Source: Octopus vulgaris
Lineage: Eukaryota
Length of the DNA: 64,000 nt
Direction: 5' to 3'
Assembly (NCBI GenBank): GCA_951406725.2
Contig: OX597815.1
Coordinates: forward strand, 4,650,001 to 4,714,000
Positions 13,092 through 25,976 of this stretch are shown piece after piece. The notes beneath the pieces are model-generated. The model was given only the letters and a program-made list of their open reading frames with translations, ran no database searches and was not told where the DNA came from. Positions within the stretch are counted from its first letter, which is position 1; the number at the start of each line of letters is the position of its first letter. The position numbers and the translations under genes were made by a program.

Positions 13092-13640
13092 CATCATCAT
13101 TGTTTAATGTCCGTTTTCCATGCTGGCATGGGTTGGATGGTTTGACTGAGGTCTGGAAAGCCAGTGGCTGCACCAAGCCCCAATCTGATCTGGCAAAATT
13201 TCTACAGCTGGATGCCCTTCCTAATGTCAACCACTCCAAGAGTCTAGTGGGTGCCTTTTTCATGCCACTGGCACAGGAGCCAGTCAAGTTGGACTGGCAT
13301 CGATCACGTTCAGATAATGCTTTTTACGTGCCACTGACACGGGGAGCCAGTCAGGGGGCACTGGCACTGGCTGCATTCGGATAGTGCTTTTTATGTGCCA
13401 CCATCACGGGTGCCAGTCAGGCGGCCCTGGCATCAATCACGTTTGAATAGTGCTTTTTATGTGCCACCAGAATGGGAGCCAGTCAGGGGACGCTGGCATT
13501 GGCCACATTTGGATGGTGCTTTTTATGTGCTACCGGCACGGGAGGCAGCCCTGGCATTGATCACGTTTGGATAGTGCTTTAAATGTGCCACCAGCACGGG
13601 AGCCAGTCAGGGGGCACTGGTCACAGCTATGATTTTGGTT
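13092..13640 (-). mobile_element. RTE 3' UTR-derived repeat with ~6 tandem ~60-bp modules
   Basis: Repeated GTGCTTTTTATGTGCCACC...GGGAGCCAGTCAGG...CTGGCAT. Further family copies at about 1315-1540, 2136-2607, 3112-3510, 14085-14292, 15450-15880, 18648-19050, 19348-19610, 20023-20400, 25108-25500, 28670-28787, 29950-30445, 40745-40915, 42650-42930, 43565-43800, 55620-56254, 56840-57201, 58350-58720, 59358-59568, 63110-63268 and 63890-64000. Confidence 0.8.
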
Positions 13641-14329
13641 TTAAAACCTCCACTATTTTATACGGCCATTGATGTGGCCCTAGTGAAGTTAGGTAAGTGG
13701 TAACAATGTTGTCTTCATGTTTTACCATTTATTTCCCGTTAGCATCATAGTTTGGACTGGTACACAGAGTGTGCATTTGCTTTAAGATGCTGGCAGTAGT
13801 AACAACTAGTATGACTAAAGACGACTGTGTTGGAACATTAAGCAGGAGCAGGGGTGGGTGGTTCCAGTTACAGTGCAATTATCTAATGATGTCTTTTAAT
13901 TGAGTTCTGGACGGAAAAACCCCCCCAAAAACCGAAAACAAAGCAAGATACAGATTTGTTTCCTGAAAACTAATCTCAGTTGGAATAAATAATTGGTTTT
14001 ATATCCATTGCTGCTCAATTAAACAGACGTTAACCCTTTTGACACCAAGTCATCTAAGACTGTCCTTGGTTCCATGATACATTAATATGTAATGTGGCTG
14101 TTGCCAGCCTTCCCTGGCATGTAAAAAGCACCCAGTACATGCATGGAGTGGTTGGCGTTTGGAAGGGCATCCAGCTGTAGAAACACTGCCAGATCAGACA
14201 AGAGCCTGGTGCAGCCTCCTGGCTTCCCAGACCCTGGTTGAACCATCCAACACATGCTAGCATGGAAAATGGACGTTAAACGATGATGATGAGGATAGGT
14301 TTTTAAGTTCCAAACACCAGATTAATAAT

Positions 14330-14728
14330 TATTTCAAATTTTTGTCACAAAGGCAGCTTGGGGGAGGTGGGGATGATGAGTTGATTACATCGACCCCAGT
14401 GTTCAACTGGTACTTATTTTATTGACCCCGAAAGGATAAAAGGCAAAGTCGACCCCGACAGAATTTGAACTCAGAACGTAATGACGGGCAAAATACCTAT
14501 TTCTTTACTACCCACAAGGGGCTAAACACAGAGGAGACAAACAAGGACAGACAAACGGATTGAGTTGATTACATCGACCCCAGTGCGTAACTGGTACTTA
14601 TTTAATTGACCCTGAAAGGATGAAAGGCAAAGTCGACCTCGGCGAAATTTGAACTCGGAACGTAACGGCAGATGAAATACCGGTAAGCATTTCGTCCGGT
14701 GTGCTAACAACTCTGCCAGCTTGCCGCA
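14330..14728 (-). mobile_element. SINE family C composite (younger body joined into an older copy)
   Basis: Two Meta-like domains; flanking direct repeat AAACACCAGATTAATAAT at ~14312 and ~14732. Confidence 0.75.
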
Positions 14729-14811
14729 TTAAACACCAGATTAATAATGACAGTCATTGTTTTTAAAAACCTTCATTATTTCTAAAATTAATTGAAGCAA
14801 CAGCAGTGTAT

Positions 14812-15450
14812 TTATTGTGTCAAAGAAGTTTCGGTAACTTATTTGCTTTATTTATCAAGTTATAACAAAAGCATCCCAGAATTCAAAGTAGAGGCAATCG
14901 TGTGGCACCATCTGAAGCCACCTTTCTGCCATTTATTTGATCCCTCACTGATACCAATCTTGTCCTTCACTGAAGCTTTCACTTCCTCTTGGTTGATGAA
15001 GTGAGCCATGGACTGGAACAAGTAATAATCTGAGGGAGCTAGGTCTAGATAATATGCTGAGAGTTTATTCCAGGTCATTCAAGCAGAATGAGGTGTGTTG
15101 TCATGGTGCTGCTGAAGAGCTCATTTTCCATTAACCAATGCTGAGTATTTTTGCTACATAGTAGCACACATGCCCTCCAGCTGTTCAGTGTACGGGTTGG
15201 CATTAATGGTTCAACTGTCCAAAATGACCTTGTAGTGAATTATCCACTCGTAATTCCATCAGACACAGAACATCAACCTGTCTGTGAAATGCCTATGTTT
15301 GGCAACAGGTTCCAGAAGCTGGCCCTGGCTTAACTACAGCTTATGCATGTTAGGATTGTGGAAAAATGTCTCCCTTTGAGGGTTACTCGTTCCAATCCAT
15401 AGCTCACTTCCTGCACCAAAATATTGCAAAACTTTTGACTCAACACAAAT
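14812..15450 (-). mobile_element. Degenerate, internally deleted mariner (DD34D) element
   Basis: Fragments DLAPSDYYLFQSMAHF, QHHDNTPH and a WNYEWIIHY / TINANPYTEQLE-like segment; decayed TIR-like ends. Confidence 0.75.
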
Positions 15451-16952
15451 GTCGTAATTGTTACCAGTGTCGCATTACTGGCACTCGAGCCCCGTGCTAG
15501 TAGGGTATTAAGAGCACCATCCGAGCGTGATCGTTGCCAGAGCGGCTATCTGGCCTCTGTGCTGGTGGCCCATAAAAGACACCATTCGAGCGTGATCATT
15601 ACCAGCATCGCCTTACTGGCACCTGTGCCGGTGGCATGTGTAAAAGATTTGAGCGAGGTCGTTGCCAGTGCAGCCTGACAGGTCCCGTGCCGGTGGCACG
15701 TAAAAGCACCCACTACACTCTCGGAGTGGTTGGCGTTAGGAAGGGCATCCAGCTGTAGAAACACTGCCAGATCAAGATTGAAGCCTGGTGCAGCCATCTG
15801 GTTCGCCAGACCTCAGTCAAATCATCCAACCCATGTCAGCATGGAAAGCGGACTTTAAACGATGATGATGATGATGATGAAAGGCTGAAAGAGACTCTTG
15901 ATGGTGTAACAAGTGAACAGTGACTAAACGGATGGTGACAGAGAGTCAATGGGAAACGTGAAAATGTTGTCTTCATTTCTCCATCAACATGTTTGAGCTC
16001 ACTACCCTACATTAACAAAACACCAATGATACAGTGAAACCGAGAACTGAATGTCTTGACCTTAGCAACACAACAGTTCTGGTGACACAATACATACTGT
16101 CAACCTTTAGAATAACAAGTCAACCCCCAACCCATTTTGTCATCTTTGTTAAACAGCTGAATTATTGAACAAATAATATTTTACATTATTTTTCTATTTG
16201 GTCTGAAAGATTCTTGATGTGAATTTGTGGGTTGAAACAAATCTTGCTGTGTTGGGAGGGTTTTTACACCAATAGTAACACATGGACTGGTTCAGCATCA
16301 CTTCTTTGTTAGTCAGTTGGTTACTCTCACACTCTTACCTTCTCTTCTAAGCAAATACACATCTACATTCACACAAGCATAAAACCAATTCTTGGACAGA
16401 CTCAGGGCAGACCTTGAAGGGAAAGGGCAGTGGTATAATGACCTTCCCAAAATAACAATATTTTGCAAGCATATCCTATTAAAAGTTTTGCACTGTATTT
16501 ATTAACCCTTTTGGAACTAACCTGCCCCAGAATGCTCCTGGTTCTATGATACAAGCTTCCTGTTTGAGTGCAACCTAAATACTTCCCACTGAATTTTCAT
16601 GCCAATTTATGTTCTAAAAGCAGTAGCTTGATAATGACAGAATGCATTTTATTAAATTCTTTGTTATTTCCAAAATAAATGGAAACAAAGCCAGAGTATT
16701 TCAACAAATGTGTTAACAAAAATGTTAATTAAGGAATTTCAGTTGGAAGATTAACATTGGTAATTAAACAATAAATAAACTGGACAGCCTCAATAACCTA
16801 AGAGTGGCTGTGTGGTAAGAAGTCTGCTTCCCAACCACACGGTCCCTGGTTCATTCCCACTGCATAACTTGTTGGGCAAGTGTCTTCTATGATAACCTTG
16901 GGCTGACTAAAACCTTTTGAGTGGATCTGGTAAATGGAAACTGAAAGAAGCT

Positions 16953-17465
16953 CGAGACCTCTGGAGGTATGCTATGACTGAGAAGACCTGGCAAATAAAG
17001 TGAGTTCACAGCTGTAACCTACACCAGTGTCGCATAACCAACTCACTCAAAAAGTACCTTGGATTGTAGGATGAGATGCTGTGCTTGAGGAGACCTATTG
17101 AGTCAAATACTTCAACATCAATATCAAAATCAAATCAAATGGAAATTGTAGTTGTGACCCCAGTGCTGGTAGCACATAAAAAAGCACCATTCGGACATGG
17201 CTGATGCCAGTGCTGGTGGCATGTAAAAAGCACCATCCAGTCATGGTTGATGCCAGCTCCTCTGGCCCCTGTACTGGTGGCATGTAAAAAGTACCCACTA
17301 CACTCTCGGAGTGGTTGGCATTAGGAAAAGCATCTAGCTGTAGAAACATTGCCAGATCAGATTGGGGCCTGGTGCAGCCTCCCGGCTTGCTAGTCCTCAG
17401 TCAAACCGTCAAACCCATGCCAGCATGGAAAACAGATGTTAAACAATAATGATGATGATGATGAT
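16953..17465 (+). mobile_element. RTE LINE 3' end with 3' UTR
   Basis: RDLWRYAMTEKTWQIK* followed by the modular UTR and a (GAT)n tail. Confidence 0.7.
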
Positions 17466-17589
17466 ATACATTTAGTACATTAGATGTTTGTAAAAACAAA
17501 TGCTGTACTGCGTAAATATACAATATGACAAAGAGAAATAAGATCAGTTTAACCACTTGTTCATTATTTCTATTTCTTAACTTTATCTT

Positions 17590-18030
17590 TTATTGGTTAC
17601 AGCCAAAGGCTAAGGCTAAGCTGGAGCACCATCTTTCAGTGGGTTCGGACTTCTTATCTGTAGTAAGTAGTGAGTTGGATGGAGCTGCTCCTCATTGTGC
17701 CTCTTCCACAATGTGGGTCCATCTGGTATCCCAGAAATTTGTCCAGATGCTCTTTGAAGACTTCCACCTTTTACAGCTTGAAAATCTCTCAAGTTGTTTG
17801 GTAGAATGTTGAGCATTTGTGGTCCCATGAAACGCAAGTTGTTACATCACTGGGTCCTTATTCTAGATGGAGAAGGTGGGATCATTGGTCCAGTTCTGGA
17901 CATATTCCTACAAGAATCCAGCAAAATCAGCCTGGTAGACTTCCAATATTCCATGAAAAACATGCCAGGGCATGGGGAAATATTACATTGCTTGCGAAAA
18001 GGTAAGGGTCAGGCAGTTGAAAATCTGCCT
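17590..18030 (-). mobile_element. Degenerate CR1-group LINE 3' end
   Basis: LRFMGPQMLNILPNNLRDFQAV, then VFKEHLDKFL after a frameshift; same C-terminal motif as 11575-11925. Confidence 0.65.
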
Positions 18031-19089
18031 CAATAAACTCAGTCCAACCTATGCAAGCAGGAAAAAGTGGACGTTAAAATGATGATCACCCAATGGAAAC
18101 TGTATATACTAGTCACCATATTCATACCAATTTAGTCACTTCTGTGTGTGTGTGTGTCTGTCAATAGTTATTGCCTGTGTTTGTGTACACACAGTCTCAA
18201 AATGCTGAAACAATGCTTAGCTCTTTTTATCGTAATTGTCTTTAAGATTTTCTAGACTCAGTGCCATAAAAGTCACATTTTCACACACAGCTCATAAAAT
18301 GCTTTTATGACCAACAGAGGTAGACTTTCTCATTCACACTCCTCCAACAGCTTTACTTTCGTGACATTCACTACTAATTATGTCACAGCAAAAACACCAT
18401 GCAATAACTATTGACTTTCTTTACAGACTGACTGACTCTCTCTCTCTCTCTCTCTCTCATCATCATCATTTAACGTCTGCCTAACACACACCTTTGATCT
18501 TTTACTTGTTTCAGTCATTAGACTGTGGCCATGCTGCAGCACCACATTGAAGGATTTTTAGTGGAATGAATTGACTCCAGTACTTATTTTTTTTTAAGGA
18601 AAGCCTGGTACTTATGCTATTAGTCACTTTTGCCAAACCGCTAAGTTCATCACCATCATTTAACGTCCGCCTTCCATGCTAGCATGGGTTGGATGGTTTG
18701 ACAAGAGCCGGACAGGTCGAAGCCTGCACCAGGCTTCTGTGACTGTTTTGGCAGGATTTTTACAGCTGGATGCCCTTCCTAACACCAACCACTCAGCAGA
18801 GTGGACTTGGTGTTTTTACGTGGCACAAACACAAGCAATGTCAGTTTTGGTGAGGTTTTTACAGCTAGATGCCCTTCCGAATGCCAACCACTTTACAGTG
18901 TGGACTGGGTGCTTTTAAGTGGCACCTGCACCGACAGGGTTGCCAAGTACCTTGCAAGACAAAAGGGGAAATCTTTTAAGAGAGAAGGGGATGCTCTTGT
19001 GTCAGATGATGAAAGGTTATAGTGAGGCAGAGAGACAGAAACAGGTATCTTGCTGGGAGGGGGGGGGGAGACAAAGAGATCAGGAATGA

Positions 19090-19168
<79 letters not shown>

Positions 19169-21321
19169 TGACAGTGCTATGTAAAAAGCAGTGGTGAGGT
19201 TGCCATATAAATAACAAAGTACACTCTGTGAAGTGGTTGGTGTTAGGAAGGGCATCCAGACATAGAATCCTTGTCTTGACACCATGTGATGGCTATAATT
19301 GAATGCCATCATCTTACAAGTAATGCTTATTATTTCCAGTCATCAAAATCATCATCATCATCATTTAATGTCCGTTTTCTATGCTAGCATGGGTTAGATG
19401 GTTCGACTGGGATCTGGAAAGCCAGGAGACTACACCAGGCTCTCCAATCTGATCTGGCAATGTTGCTACAGCTGGATGCCCTTCCTAACACCAAACACAC
19501 TGGAAGTGTAGAGGGTGCTTTTTACGTGCCATCGGCACAGGGGCTAGAGGGGGCTGGCATCGACTATGATCAGATGCTGCTTTTTATGTGCCACCGGCAT
19601 GGGAGCCAGTCTGTGAAAAACATGTATAGTCGTAAGGAACTGTAAATTTACTTGGAAATTGGAAAACAGGAGGGGGTTGGCAACAAGAAGTGCATTTGAA
19701 CACAGGAAATCTAACTTGACAAGTTTTGTCTGACCCATGCAAGCATAAAAAAGTTGGTTTAAAATGACGATGATGATAATAATCGATGAAGCCATGCTAA
19801 TGTTCCAACTTGATACACTAAGTACCAGCTGTACAGTTGTGTACTCCTTGCATTCATGATTTGAAAAGTACAACTGCTACTCACCAGATCATTAACTGGT
19901 CTTTGTGATTTAAAAAGTATTGATTTTTTTTAGCTTATTGGCTAGATCCTTCAATTCATCTGGCAATACCATCTGTCGATTCCCATCCAAGCCCTTCTTC
20001 TAATAAAAAGTTTGATAAGCCTTCATCATCATCATCATCGTTTAACATCCGATTTCTATGCTGGCATGAGTTGGATGATTTGACTGAGAAATGGCAAGTT
20101 GGGAGGCTGCACCAGGCTCTCCAGTCTGATTTGGCAAGGTTTCTACAGCTGGGTGCCCTTCCTAACGCCAACCACTCTGAGAGTGTAGTGGGCATTTTTT
20201 ATGTGCCACCAGCATGGGAGCCAGTCAGGCAGCACTGGCATCGGCCACACTTGAGTGATGCTTTTTACACAAGCCACTGGCATGGGTGCCAGTCAGGCAG
20301 CACTATGGTGCTTTTCATGTGCCCTCAACACAGGTAATGGTTATACTTGAATGGTGGTTTTACGTGTCTGACAGGTGGTACTGGCACCGGCCACGACTAT
20401 GGTAGAATAAAAAGTTTTTCTGAGTGAGGAAGGTTTGTTTTTATTTTCATATGGGTGTTGAAATGCAGGCGTGGCAGGGTGGTAAGAAGTCTGTTTCCCA
20501 ACCACATCATTCTGAGTTCAGTCCCACCACATGTGAGTAGATTTAATGGATGGAAACTGAAAGAAACCTGTTGTATGTGTGTGTGTGTGTGTGTGTTTGT
20601 CCCCACCCTGCTTGACAAGTGTTGGTAAGTTTACATCCCTATAACTTAGTGGTTCAGCAAAAAGGACTGACAGAATAAGTGCTAGTTTAAAAAAAAAATT
20701 GTGGTCGATTTGTTCAACTAAAAATTCTTCAAACCCCAGCATGGCCGCAGTCTAATGACTGAAATAAGTAAAAGAGATAAAAGGGCAAAGTTTTTAGTCA
20801 GTTTTAGTGAAAATATAGCTGTATTTATTTATTTATTTATTATTGCAAGCCTAACTCTGTGACACATTATTATATAATTATAAATCTAAGATTTGATTTG
20901 GTGGGGCAGAGTCCAAATCTAATGTCTATCCTCAGTTTATTTGAAGCCATGTAGTTACTAGAGCAGCCAGAAATAGCAGCCAAATTCCTCTGTCTGTCTT
21001 CAAAATGGAAGGATACATTTGATAAGGCAGTATGGGGGCATGGGGATAAAAAAAAAAAAGGGGGACAGGGTGCTTTACATGTTGGAAGTCTTTGATCATA
21101 AGTCAGTCATTGAGGGCCGGTCAGCAGAGATAAATAACAAGGAGAACCATTTTCCTTCTTAAGATATCCAGGTAGCTAACGAGGTCACTGTGCAGCTCTG
21201 TGGTTTTGGGTTCAGTCCCTGACCTGACCCAATGTCTTGTGAGTGGATTCGACAAATGGAAACGGTGCGGAAAGCTTGCACGTGTGCACGTTTGTCCCCA
21301 CCACACCACCTGACAACCTAA

Positions 21322-21715
21322 TCTTTATATATAAAAGTCAAGTTGTGTGTCTGTCTCCTACGATTTAGATTCCTAACTACTCCCACATTTTGCAGTGTTG
21401 TTTAACCAAAACCGGGTATCATATAGTCGTGATTCATATCGAGCCCTTCTGGGTATTAGTGTGTGTCTACGATGCGTCTATGATTTAAAAAAAAATTTAC
21501 CATCATTTTTTTCCATTTTAATGCATTTTTCGCTATTATATAAGGGAAGTAACTCTCTAAAAATGTCTACGATGAGTCAACGATTTAAAAAAAATTTACC
21601 ATCATTTTTTTCCTTTTTTAATGCATTTTTTGCTATTTTTTGGCTAAAACTCTCTAAAAATGCTTATATAGTTATTTCCCTTACAAACCCGAGCAATGCC
21701 GGGCGATACTGCTAG
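21322..21715 (+). mobile_element. Non-autonomous Helitron
   Basis: Near-identical to 9152-9553; TC/CTAG termini at an A^T site. Confidence 0.85.
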
Positions 21716-21821
21716 TATTCTATAAAGTTAATCCAAACAAGAAAACACAAAAAAACACAACGCGAGGACGTGGAACAAATATAGTATTATTGGACGCTCA
21801 GGAAAGATGGAAAGACGGAGG

Positions 21822-21856
21822 GTTTAACGTTTCAAGCAGAGCTCTTCGTCGGAAAC
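21822..21856 (-). ncRNA. Minimal type I hammerhead motif in a ~200-bp repeat (21727-21932)
   Basis: Reverse strand GTTT-CCGACGA-A-GAGC(tct)GCTT-GAAA-CG-TT^AAAC. Confidence 0.6.
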
Positions 21857-22021
21857 ATAGGAGAAGGAAAGATCCAGAGAAGGGAAGACAGGGGGAAAAA
21901 AAAATCGCCAACGGTACACACGAGGTCACATTCTATAATACTTCACAACAAATCAATATTGACATTTTATCATTATTTCAATAACAACATATCTAAAGAT
22001 ATAATATGCAAGAATTAATAT

Positions 22022-22176
22022 ATTATTTACACTATTTACATTTGACGGATATTTGTCCACATCTTGTTTGTTGTTAACACAACGTTTCGGCTGATATACC
22101 CTCCAGCCTTCATTTGGTGTCTTGGGGAAATTTCGAACCCGAGTTCTCATTCCTAAGGTATTTTTCAATGTTGTTG

Positions 22177-22211
<35 letters not shown>

Positions 22212-22283
22212 ATCACTGCCTGGAATCGAACTCGGAATCTTGGGGTTAGTAGCCTACACTCTTAACCACTACGCCATATGCCC
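22022..22283 (-). mobile_element. tRNA-headed SINE-like element with degenerate hammerhead
   Basis: Reverse strand: A box TGGCGTAGTGG, B box GTTCGATTCC, an (AAT)n(AAC)n spacer, then GACAC-CAAATGA-A-GGCTG...CAGCC-GAAA-CG-TT^GTGTT (22076-22121), and an AATAGTGTAAATAATA tail. Confidence 0.65.
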
Positions 22284-22593
22284 GTGGGCAATCACAAGTT
22301 ATCATATGTACATCCACAATAATAAATAACTTATTTATACTCAAAATTATATAAATACAACAAATGCAGCATGGAATTTTGTCAGTGAACAGGTCGTGGT
22401 CTCAAAGCGACAAAAATATTTTGGCAAATTAAATTTAGATGTTGAAGTGAATCTAACGGTTTTCATGTGTTTTTAAATGGCTTATAAACACCTTCCACGC
22501 TGCAATTGTTTTTGTTCCAGCACATGATCTCAGATCAGGTCACTTGCTATGCAAGTACATCTCCAAAAATATATAAATATAAATAACTATTAA

Positions 22594-22809
22594 CCCTTTT
22601 GTTACCATATTTCTTTTGGGAAGCTCTGTGCTTCTTTCAGTTATTTTAAATATAAACAAAGAATTTAGTAAAATAACTTAGCTATCATTAAGCTATTGTT
22701 AAGAAAATAAATTGTGACCAAGGTTTGGTGGGAGATTTTAATTGAAAACTTATGGAAACAAAACATTTGTACTACAGAGCCAGTTTCAGCCGAGTTGGTA
22801 ATAAAAGGG
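22594..22809. mobile_element. piggyBac-like MITE
   Basis: TTAA-CCCTTTTGTTACCA ... TGGTAATAAAAGGG-TTAA. Related copies at ~16502-16730, 46198-46397, 14030 and 61979. Confidence 0.8.
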
Positions 22810-23355
22810 TTAAGCTTAGAAATAACTACCTTCATAACTATTATCCAATGTTGGTTTGGTTATGTCCTTGTAATTTAGCAGTTCGGCAAGAGACTGATAG
22901 AGTAAGTAGGTCTTGACTATAACCTTTCTAAGCAGTGCTCCAGCATGGCCACAGTCCAATGACTGCCACAGGTAAACAACAAAAGATATTATGTAAATAA
23001 AAAAAAAAACCGAGGGAAATTACTAATGCACACTGCCTTTTATGTACAACCTGACATCTAAAACTGGATATGCAAGTTGGAGATATTCAATGTACAACAG
23101 AACACATTTTATATCATTGAGTAGAAATAGGTAGAACCATGTATATGAGAGAGAGAGAGAGAGAGAGAGAACTGTATAGAAAGGTGCTTTTATAATAAAG
23201 TGGAAATGCCTATAATAATGGATTTTATTTTTGCTTCCCAGATCCCAGTCGAGTCATCCAACCCATGCCAGCATGGAAAACGGACGTTAAACGATGATGA
23301 TAATGATGATGTATGTATATATATATATACATACACACACACACCACAAACACAC

Positions 23356-23721
23356 GGCAGTTTGTCTGTGCGTGTTTCTGTGTGTCTGTTTTCTCGTACC
23401 CTCACCCTGACCACGGCTTTCAACCGATTCTGATGAAACTTGACACACACATAGCCCAATGTCATAATTCAAAACTAACGCAGCGAAAATTTTGAAAAGT
23501 TAACCCCAGTTCTGAAAAAATCGATAAATTCGACATGGGGTCGAGAATCAAAAAAACAAACCACAGACTGTCTAGGGGACGCAACTCAACCTTTTTTACT
23601 CTCAAAAAAAATTTACCATAATTTTTTTCCATTTTTTTGCTATTTTTTGGCTATAACTCTCTAAAAATGCTTTATAGTTATTTCCCTTACAAACCTGAGC
23701 AACGCCGGGCGATACTGCTAG
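23356..23721 (+). mobile_element. 5'-truncated non-autonomous Helitron
   Basis: Same 3' end as the other copies. The 5' end starts at GGCAGTTTGTCTG (cf. 4770) and lacks the TC terminus. Confidence 0.8.
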
Positions 23722-24197
23722 TATATATATATATACATACACACACACACCACAAACACACAACAGGCTTCTTTCAGTTTTCAGTTTTTGTCTACCAAGT
23801 CCTCTCATAAGGGCTTGGTCGGCCCACGGCTATAGTAGAAGACATTTGCCCAAGGTGCTATGCAGTGGGATTGAACCCAGAACCATGAGGTTGGGAAGCA
23901 AGCTTCTTACCATACAGCCATGCCTGTACCTATATCTAATAGTAAAATCAGTTACTTCAACAAATAAACAACTCCACCCATGATGTATGGCTAGAAAAAA
24001 AAATAAATAAAAATCACAAAATTACCATTGCAGAGACTCTTATCTAATATCTAAAATTAAAGGCACATCAATTAGCGGTTTCAAGCTGCGTTACCCTATT
24101 AAATGATTTATTATACCATAGCAATTAAGTCGAATTAATAAGATTGTGTGCTTCCCAACCCTGTGACTTCAGGTTCAATTTGAGAGAGTGGTATGTT

Positions 24198-24610
24198 GGC
24201 GGCGAGCTGGCAGAAACGTTAGCCATGCTGGATGAGATGCTTAGCGGTATTTCGTCTGCTGTTACGTTCTGAGTTCAAATTCCGCTGAAGTCGACTTTGC
24301 CTTTCATCCTTTCGAGATCGATTAAATAAGTACCAGTTACGCACTGGGGTCGATATAATCGACTTAATCCGTCTGTCTGTCCTTGTTTGTCCCCTCTGTG
24401 TTTAGCTCCCCCCGTGGGTAGTAAAGAAATAGGTATTTCGTCTGCTGCTACGTTCTGAGTTCAAATTCCGCCGAGGTCGACTTTGCCTTTCATCCTTTCG
24501 GGATCGATTAAATAAGTACCAGTTACGCACTGGGGTTGATATAATCGACTTAATCCGTTTGTCTGTCCTCTCTGTGTGTAGCCCCTTGTGGGTAGTAAAG
24601 AAATAGGTAT
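24198..24610 (+). mobile_element. tRNA-derived SINE with Meta-like domain (family C), 3' part duplicated
   Basis: GGCGGCGAGCTGGCAGAAACGTTAG head, GAGTTCAAATTCC B box, GTCGACTTTGCCTTTCATCCTTTCGGGGTCGAT domain; TSD GGTATGTTGGC. Confidence 0.8.
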
Positions 24611-24713
24611 GTTGGCCAAGTGTTCACTACAGCCCTGGGCTATAATAAAATGAATGTGCTGTTTTGCCTTTGGCTTGTTGGCAACTAAAGTTTAGGAAAA
24701 GTTAATCATACAG

Positions 24714-24749
<36 letters not shown>

Positions 24750-25938
24750 ATGCATGTGTGTGCATATAAATTAGCTAACAGTGACAGAAGCAGCCTTAGC
24801 AATGAATATTAATTAGCACATCTGATCTAACTTGGATGTGTTGTTTAGAATGCCATAGACTGTAGAAAACGTCCTTAGATATCAATGCCTGTGTGTGTGT
24901 GTGTGTGTGTGTGTGTATGCTTGTCTTGTCATCAAGCGATAGTTGTAACCATCATACAAGCTGTGTTCTTTGTTTCCAAGCTTCCATGAAAATATGGAAA
25001 AATATGACCTTCCTTGGAAACAGGTGAAGGCTGGTGACAGGGAAGGCATCAGGACATAGAAAATCTACTTCAACAAAGTCTGTCCAACCCAAGCATTAAA
25101 ACAATGACCCTACTTGTGAAGACCTGTTGAGGCAAGTGAAAATCAAAATCAAAATTGATCAACATCAATGGAAATTGTAGCTGTGATACCAGTGCCGGTG
25201 GCACGTAAGAGAACCATCTGACCGTGGCCGTTGCCAGCCTTGCCTGGCCCCCATGCCGGTGGCACGTAAAAAGCACCATCCGATCGTGGCCGTTTGCCAA
25301 CCTCGTCTGGCACCTGTGCAGGTGGCATGCAAAAAGCACCCACTACACTCACGGAGTGGTTGGCGTTAGGAAGGGCATCCAGCTGTAGAAACACTGCCAG
25401 ATCAGACTGGAGCCGGGTGCAGCCTCCTGGCTTCCCAGACCCCAGTTGAACCGTCCAACCCATGCTAGCATGGAAAACAGATGATGATGATGATGATGAC
25501 GACACACACACACACACACAGACAAAAAAACAAAAACAGTCCCCAATATACATCATTCTTGAATGATGTTGGTTGTGGGGTCCTTACAGTATCAAGGACA
25601 TGTTGGTGGGTTGCACGTAGCTGCCTCCCCGGTTGCTGCTTCTTGGTGCTAAGAACGGTTTTGTTGAATGGCTTGATTCTTTGATGTATTTACTTGAATG
25701 TGTCAGTGGGTTTTTTTTTTTCCTTGAAGGATGTTTTTGTTGTTATTGTTATTTTTGATATTTTTCTGCTTGATGTTTTTTTGTTTTTGCCAGTGTTTGT
25801 CATTTTGTTTTCTCAATTGTTTGCTGCAACCGGTAATTTAGTTATTCAAGAAAAGAAAAAGAAATTCTGTTTATGTAACAAAGTAATTATGAATTACTGA
25901 GCAAGTTGCTTGTTCTAAATTTGAAGCTGTATTTATTA

Positions 25939-25971
<33 letters not shown>

Positions 25972-25976
<5 letters not shown>

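Noticed and set aside
13260-13625. CRISPR-like repeat-spacer pattern (also 43970-44316, 48600-49330 and 61100-61330)
   Set aside because: Eukaryotic context, the intervening sequences are themselves homologous, the repeats are degenerate, and there are no cas genes.
22211-22283. Functional tRNA gene
   Set aside because: The acceptor stem does not pair; better explained as a SINE head.
25560-25830. A/C-skewed minus-strand segment as a coding region
   Set aside because: Short low-complexity frames with stops and no recognisable domain.
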